From NCBI GenBank assembly GCA_045105515.1, contig JBGCDR010000081.1:1-12590 (forward strand): DNA of 12,590 bases, given 5' to 3'. Shown piece after piece: positions 8,050 through 12,590 of the stretch. A program made the translations under genes and the position numbers. Position 1 is the stretch's first letter. Every line of letters begins with the position of its first letter. This stretch comes from Oligoflexales bacterium (GTDB lineage Bacteria; Bdellovibrionota_B; Oligoflexia; Oligoflexales; Bog-1112). The notes beneath the pieces were generated by a model that worked only from the letters and a program-made list of their open reading frames with translations, was not told the DNA's origin and did not search any database.

Positions 8050-8754
8050 ATGAGCATGGTAAGCCCTTCGCAGCACAAACCAAAAGCAAACCTACACCCA
8101 GAATGGATGCAAGTCCTCGGAACCGAGTTCGATAAACCCTACATGCAAGACCTGCGTAGTTTTCTGATGCAGGAAAAAAAACTCGGCAAAACGATATTTC
8201 CAGAAGGATCTAAGGTTTTTGAGGCCTTTAACTTAACCCCTTTTTCAAAAGTTAAGGTAGTCATTATTGGCCAAGACCCTTACCATGGCGAAAACCAAGC
8301 ACACGGCTTAAGCTTTTCAGTAAAGCCAGGCATTGGTATTCCTCCTTCACTAGTAAATATATACAAGGAATTACATTACGACCTTGGCCTTAAGCCACCA
8401 ACTCATGGGTATCTCGAGTCATGGTCAAAACAAGGAGTCCTACTCCTGAATGCAGTTTTGACAGTAGAAAAAGGTAAAGCAGCCTCTCATCAGAAGAAAG
8501 GCTGGGAGCTGTTCACCGACCAGGCGATCAAAGAATTGAGCGACCAGAGAGAAAACCTAGTGTTTATACTGTGGGGAAGTTACGCCCAAAAAAAAGGAGC
8601 TCATATTGACCGGTCAAAACACCTAGTTTTAGAGTCTCCGCACCCCTCACCGCTTGCTGCACATCGCGGCTTTTTTGGTACGAGACCCTTTTCACAAGCC
8701 AACCGTTATTTAGTAACAAAGGATGCTAAACCTGTAGATTGGACTTTGCATTGA
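8050..8754 (+). CDS. ung: uracil-DNA glycosylase (family 1)
   Basis: Motifs GQDPYH, AHGLSFSV, PPSLVNIYKEL, QGVLLLNAVLTV, FILWG and HPSPL. The start could be the second ATG at 8056. Confidence 0.98.
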   Translation: MSMVSPSQHKPKANLHPEWMQVLGTEFDKPYMQDLRSFLMQEKKLGKTIFPEGSKVFEAFNLTPFSKVKVVIIGQDPYHGENQAHGLSFSVKPGIGIPPSLVNIYKELHYDLGLKPPTHGYLESWSKQGVLLLNAVLTVEKGKAASHQKKGWELFTDQAIKELSDQRENLVFILWGSYAQKKGAHIDRSKHLVLESPHPSPLAAHRGFFGTRPFSQANRYLVTKDAKPVDWTLH

Positions 8755-8756
8755 AA

Positions 8757-9143
8757 TTACCACCTAACCCGGTAAAGCCAGCCCAGGCTTCCTCTTCGGT
8801 AAGCAACGGCAAGGGATCGTTGTTCCACTCGACTTTTAGTTAGACGAGTATAGGTAACTGGCTTCGATCCAGAGACAGCATTCACCAGCAGTACCCCTCC
8901 CCAGGAAAATGAAACCAATATTAAACCCAAGACAAACTGTCTAAAGTGAGGCCTCTCTTGCCAGTACTTTGGATACAGAAATAGAGTATAAGGCCAAAAA
9001 ATTCCAAGTGGTAAGGCAAAGAAAGCATAAAAAATTCCACGCTCTCGGTCAAACTCATCTGAAACCCACAAAGCTCCGTAAATTCCGATAAGCAAATAGA
9101 TTCCGTAAGCGCATAAGAATGTTAGCTGTTTCCCATTTGACAC
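8757..9143 (-). CDS. hypothetical membrane protein (about 3 TM segments)
   Basis: 128 aa with three hydrophobic stretches and a C-terminal YRRGSLGWLY. GTG start with a strong AAGGAG RBS. It converges on ung with a 2-bp gap. Confidence 0.7.
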   Translation of the reverse strand: MSNGKQLTFLCAYGIYLLIGIYGALWVSDEFDRERGIFYAFFALPLGIFWPYTLFLYPKYWQERPHFRQFVLGLILVSFSWGGVLLVNAVSGSKPVTYTRLTKSRVEQRSLAVAYRRGSLGWLYRVRW

Positions 9144-9309
9144 CTGAATTCTCCTTTATTCTCAAACTTGGTTTCAATGCCATTATAAATTGAAGAGACA
9201 AGGATGAAAGCCTGCATATTTTTGCTATTGAAACCAGTCTGAGCATATGTTATCGCCTAATCCTAAACGACTCTCCTATGCAATTCAAAATAGGAAAAAG
9301 GTAAGAATC

Positions 9310-10251
9310 ATGAAGCATCTCGGTTGGGGTTATTTGTTCCTTAGTCTTGGACAAATTTCTATTGCTTGTAATGTCATCACAGGTAAAATTCTTAATCAAT
9401 CTATGCCAGTATTTACCTATGTGGGAGCAAGATTCTTTATCAGCATGCTGATTTTTGGCCTTCTCAAATTTCATTTCAAAGCAGGAATTGCAAAGATAGG
9501 AATGACTCTAACTGGTAAAGACTGGCTTATGCTTGTAGGTCAAGCTATGACTGCTGGTTTGCTATTTAATGTACTATTTTTCACCGGACTCGATTACACA
9601 ACAGCGACTTCAGCAGGCATCATTGCAAGTACTCTTCCAGGAGTATTAGCAGTATTAGCTTTTGTTGTATTAGGAGAAAAAATAGATCAGTACGGTTTAG
9701 TAGGCATACTCTTATCAGTACTTGGTATTCTTATTATTAGCCTCGACAACAAAGGTACTGGAAGTGCTCAAGGGTCTTTTATAGGAGACTTTTTAATCTT
9801 CCTTTCTATAATTCCTGAAGCATATTATTCAATTCTGAGTAAACAGATTGGCAGGAAGGTCACAATTATTGGGAGTGCATTTATCGTGAATTTATTTGCG
9901 TTCATTATGCTAATCCCATTCATGGTATACGGACTCTATACTAGTGACCCTAGCAGTTGGCCTCTAATCAATTATGCCTTAATATTTGTCGGAGGCCTTA
10001 CTTCTGTAACTTTTTTTATATTTTGGTGCAGAGGTTTGGAGCTTGTTCCGGCAAACACTGCAGGTATTTTTGGGGGAGTGCTTCCAATAGCAACTTGTAT
10101 TATGGCTGTTATGTTTCTTGGAGAGTCTTTCAGCTGGTATGATGCTTGTGGAATTCTATGTGTCTTTGCTGCTTTGTATTTGGGGGCTGAGTCAAACCGA
10201 AAAGCCAAGTCAAGCAGTAGACTCAAGAGAAATCATTTAGAAAGTACATAA
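9310..10251 (+). CDS. EamA/DMT family transporter
   Basis: About 10 TM segments in two EamA repeats (GLDYTTATSAGII..P, VLGEK, GDFLIFLS, GLELVPANTAG, FLGESF). The start is probably ATG 9310 after AAGGT rather than 9247. Confidence 0.92.
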   Translation: MKHLGWGYLFLSLGQISIACNVITGKILNQSMPVFTYVGARFFISMLIFGLLKFHFKAGIAKIGMTLTGKDWLMLVGQAMTAGLLFNVLFFTGLDYTTATSAGIIASTLPGVLAVLAFVVLGEKIDQYGLVGILLSVLGILIISLDNKGTGSAQGSFIGDFLIFLSIIPEAYYSILSKQIGRKVTIIGSAFIVNLFAFIMLIPFMVYGLYTSDPSSWPLINYALIFVGGLTSVTFFIFWCRGLELVPANTAGIFGGVLPIATCIMAVMFLGESFSWYDACGILCVFAALYLGAESNRKAKSSSRLKRNHLEST

Positions 10252-10264
10252 AAAGCAGTTATAA

Positions 10265-10813
10265 TTAGTGAAGCACCAAGTGAATATTAAATGCTAACTC
10301 TTGCCTTGCTGAAGATAGAAACTTAGAAATTCTATCTCCGATAAATGACCAGGTAGAAAGACAAACCCAGGTGACCCCTAAATAAATTGAAGCAAATAGA
10401 GCTAAAGATGCGAAGGACTCACTGGCAAAGGAAGCGATTCCCACCATTGAGCCGATCCAAGCTTTAGGGTTGCCCCACTGCAAAAGTAAACCTTTAATAA
10501 ATCCGCTTCTATTGGCATTTTCGACATTCAAGTCTCTACTCGACCGAGCAATGTTATATCCCAAATATATCAGATACATAGCGCCAATAATTTTTAAAGT
10601 TTCGATGATAAAGGGAAAACTTGTAGCAACCTTGTTAAGACCTAATCCCATCGCAAAAGTTAAGCTAACAAACCCCAAACATGCGCCTAGCACAAATCTC
10701 TGGGTTCTCAAAAAACCTTCTTTATTACCGTAGGATGCACACAATATGTTAACCGGACCAGGAGAGAGTGACATTGCAAAAGTATAAGCTAAGATCGGTA
10801 AAATCGGTGGCAT
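10265..10813 (-). CDS. LysE/RhtB family amino-acid exporter, apparently frameshifted near the 3' end (a restored frame would end at 10233)
   Basis: SLSPGPVN, LKIIGAMYLIYLGY and GLLLQWGNPKAW are LysE signatures, and there is an AAGGA RBS. The last TM helix is found in the adjacent frame. Confidence 0.88.
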   Translation of the reverse strand: MPPILPILAYTFAMSLSPGPVNILCASYGNKEGFLRTQRFVLGACLGFVSLTFAMGLGLNKVATSFPFIIETLKIIGAMYLIYLGYNIARSSRDLNVENANRSGFIKGLLLQWGNPKAWIGSMVGIASFASESFASLALFASIYLGVTWVCLSTWSFIGDRISKFLSSARQELAFNIHLVLH

Positions 10814-11175
10814 GCTCTAATTCCTTTTATGAACGAAGATGAGGGTTTATACCATAATAAGATATAAGATTGCACCCTAAAAATCATATCTAATTGAAAC
10901 TCTTATCAAATTTTATAGAGCTATCACCAAAATTCCATAAAGCCGTACGAAAAAGTGGATCCTGACTACTTTCTATCCTGGATTTGCGGACAAACAGTAT
11001 ATAGCTGGTATTATGGATTGAATTTCCGAAGTTTGAAGATTGGATTGTCGAGATCCCCGAAGCTTTCAGATATAACACCCCTTGTTTTTTTATAGTTAAT
11101 AAGACATTTTCTTATCGTAGCATGCCATTTTTACTAGAATAAAGTGCTTACCCTTCGTCATTCAAAAAGCATACG

Positions 11176-11184
11176 TGATAAAAT
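11176..11184 (+). promoter_or_regulatory. possible extended -10 promoter for the RDD gene
   Basis: TGATAAAAT (TGn + TAAAAT) about 50 nt upstream of ATG 11233. There is no clear -35. Confidence 0.3.
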
Positions 11185-11232
11185 AGACATTGAGAAAACT
11201 AACAAACTCAGCGTGTCAAACCAAAGCCCTGC

Positions 11233-12468
11233 ATGAATTACCAAGATCAAAATCAAAAAGCTCGTCTGAAGCATGCCGTTTTTTGGCAAAAAGTTTTTGC
11301 TTTTCTAGTTGATGCTTTAATCCTGGCAGCATGTATTGTTTTGATTAGTTCGCATTTTAATATAGAACCCAGCGAGAAAAACTTATTCATCCTCTATATA
11401 TTATTAAGATCTTTTTATTTCACTTGTTTTTTGACCTTCTTGCAAAAAACCCCAGGCGGCATGGCAATTGGCATAAAGGTTTGCAATGGGTCGGGTGGAA
11501 AAATTGGATTCGATCAAGCCTGTATTCGTTCGTTAGTATCCATATTATCTATTCTGTTGGCAGGTTTCGGATATTTGATAGCTGCATTTAACGATGAAAG
11601 TCAGACTTTGCATGATCAGCTTGCCAAAACACATGTGATTACCAAAAGAGATGGTTCAAATTTTAAGGGCTTTCTATATTCAGTATTTTTTGTTGTTTCG
11701 GTTATATTATTTTATAATTCACTCCAAGTTGCTGGTACTGTTGTTGGAACTGTTGGACAAATAAATTATAGTGGAAATGGCAAGCAAACCTCACCAGAGA
11801 GATTAGGTCGAATTATAAATCCAAAATGGGTAACGGCAAGGGAAAAAATAAAGAAAAGATCACTTAAAAAACACAAGGTATACAAGTCTCTTAAAGTAAA
11901 TAGATTCAATAGAATGGCAAATAAATTAAAAAAAATGCAAAAGAGAAGTCACGATGATGATTTCAAAAAACTAAAATTTGAGAGAATCATACATCTGAGA
12001 AGTCAAAAAATACTACAAGTAGGCACCTTAAATAATCTCTTTTATCAAACTTTAGATTTTGAAGTATTGGATTCACAAGGCAAAAAACTTAAACAAACTT
12101 CTCGTAATTTCTATAACGAAACTATAATTCGATCATACATGCTTCCTGAAATTTATACACACAAGGCATACAAGTTAAAAATTTTATTTCCTAGGAATTA
12201 CGTGATCGTTTATTTTTCAAAAAATGATCAAATAAATGCTGCTTATAAATTTAGGAAAGGCTCTATTATCCAGCTAAAACAAAGATCAGATGAAACCTAT
12301 AACTTTGCAATAAAAAGTAGCAAACGTGAATTTAAGAACTTGAATTTTGTTGCCTTTAATTTTGCAAGTAAAATAATTGGATTGAATCCAAAGGTAGAAA
12401 TCCTAGATAATTTTCATAAGGTTAGCTTAAATTCTAATAGAGAGTCAATTGCTTTGGCGGATTGCTAG
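11233..12468 (+). CDS. RDD family membrane protein with a long basic C-terminal extension, probably truncated by an IS
   Basis: AVFWQKVFAFLVD, QKTPGGMAIGIKV, ACIRSL and QTLHDQLAKTHV are RDD signatures. A further TM segment and a Lys-rich soluble region follow. The stop codon lies inside the putative IS terminal repeat. Confidence 0.85.
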   Translation: MNYQDQNQKARLKHAVFWQKVFAFLVDALILAACIVLISSHFNIEPSEKNLFILYILLRSFYFTCFLTFLQKTPGGMAIGIKVCNGSGGKIGFDQACIRSLVSILSILLAGFGYLIAAFNDESQTLHDQLAKTHVITKRDGSNFKGFLYSVFFVVSVILFYNSLQVAGTVVGTVGQINYSGNGKQTSPERLGRIINPKWVTAREKIKKRSLKKHKVYKSLKVNRFNRMANKLKKMQKRSHDDDFKKLKFERIIHLRSQKILQVGTLNNLFYQTLDFEVLDSQGKKLKQTSRNFYNETIIRSYMLPEIYTHKAYKLKILFPRNYVIVYFSKNDQINAAYKFRKGSIIQLKQRSDETYNFAIKSSKREFKNLNFVAFNFASKIIGLNPKVEILDNFHKVSLNSNRESIALADC

Positions 12469-12590
12469 ATTAAGTGCAGAAGAAAAAATTCCATCGCTTC
12501 GGAAGGCGGATTTAGTTTAGTCTATGAGGCTAATCTGCTTGCAAGAAAGGGGTATTTATGTCTGCCAATCTCACTTATGAGCAAAGGTAT
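12456..12590 (+). mobile_element. left end of a putative IS30-family insertion sequence (partial)
   Basis: GGCGGATTGCTAGATTAAGTGCAGAA resembles IS30-family terminal IRs (recalled pattern GGCG..TT-N-AAGTGCA). It is followed about 100 nt later by an RBS and an ORF with an IS30-like N-terminus. Confidence 0.65.
12558..12590 (+). CDS. IS30-family transposase, first 11 codons
   Basis: An AAAGGGG RBS precedes MSANLTYEQRY, which is open to the window edge and matches the LTxExRY(xI) start of the HTH_38 domain. Confidence 0.6.
   Translation, partial: MSANLTYEQRY

Noticed and set aside
622..10733. Short overlapping ORFs (622-828, 2070-2369, 2842-3075, 4380-4592, 4919-5125, 5031-5372, 5252-5701, 7663-7866, 7869-8078, 9055-9246, 9250-9474, 9957-10142, 9972-10226, 10470-10733)
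   Set aside because: These are antisense or alternate-frame shadows of well-supported genes and have no recognisable motifs.
10890..11078. 62-aa minus-strand ORF between the LysE and RDD genes
   Set aside because: GTG start without a properly spaced RBS, and no regulator-like or other motif. It cannot be supported as a gene.

Overview
Bacterial chromosomal window. The RecA sequence and the PilZ-like and FlgT-like hypothetical genes suggest a deltaproteobacterial or Bdellovibrionota/Oligoflexia-like host, but that is inference only. The left part is housekeeping on the minus strand: an EI24/CysZ-like membrane gene coupled to recA, a PilZ-like hypothetical gene, and the glyoxylate-shunt operon aceB-aceA with its own sigma70-like promoter. 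The divergent intergenic region at about 6400-6630 holds two 70-bp palindromic repeat elements separated by a 21-bp tandem array. An exported hypothetical protein and ung follow on the plus strand. The right part looks AT-richer and accessory. It contains a small membrane protein, an EamA/DMT transporter, a LysE exporter with an apparent 1-nt frameshift, and an RDD-domain gene whose 3' end appears to be interrupted by the left end of an IS30-family element running off the window edge. I found no CRISPR array, tRNA or rRNA, and I cannot support a clearly new multi-gene system. The most unusual signals are the palindrome/tandem-repeat cassette, the IS end, the LysE frameshift and a G10 tract in aceB.
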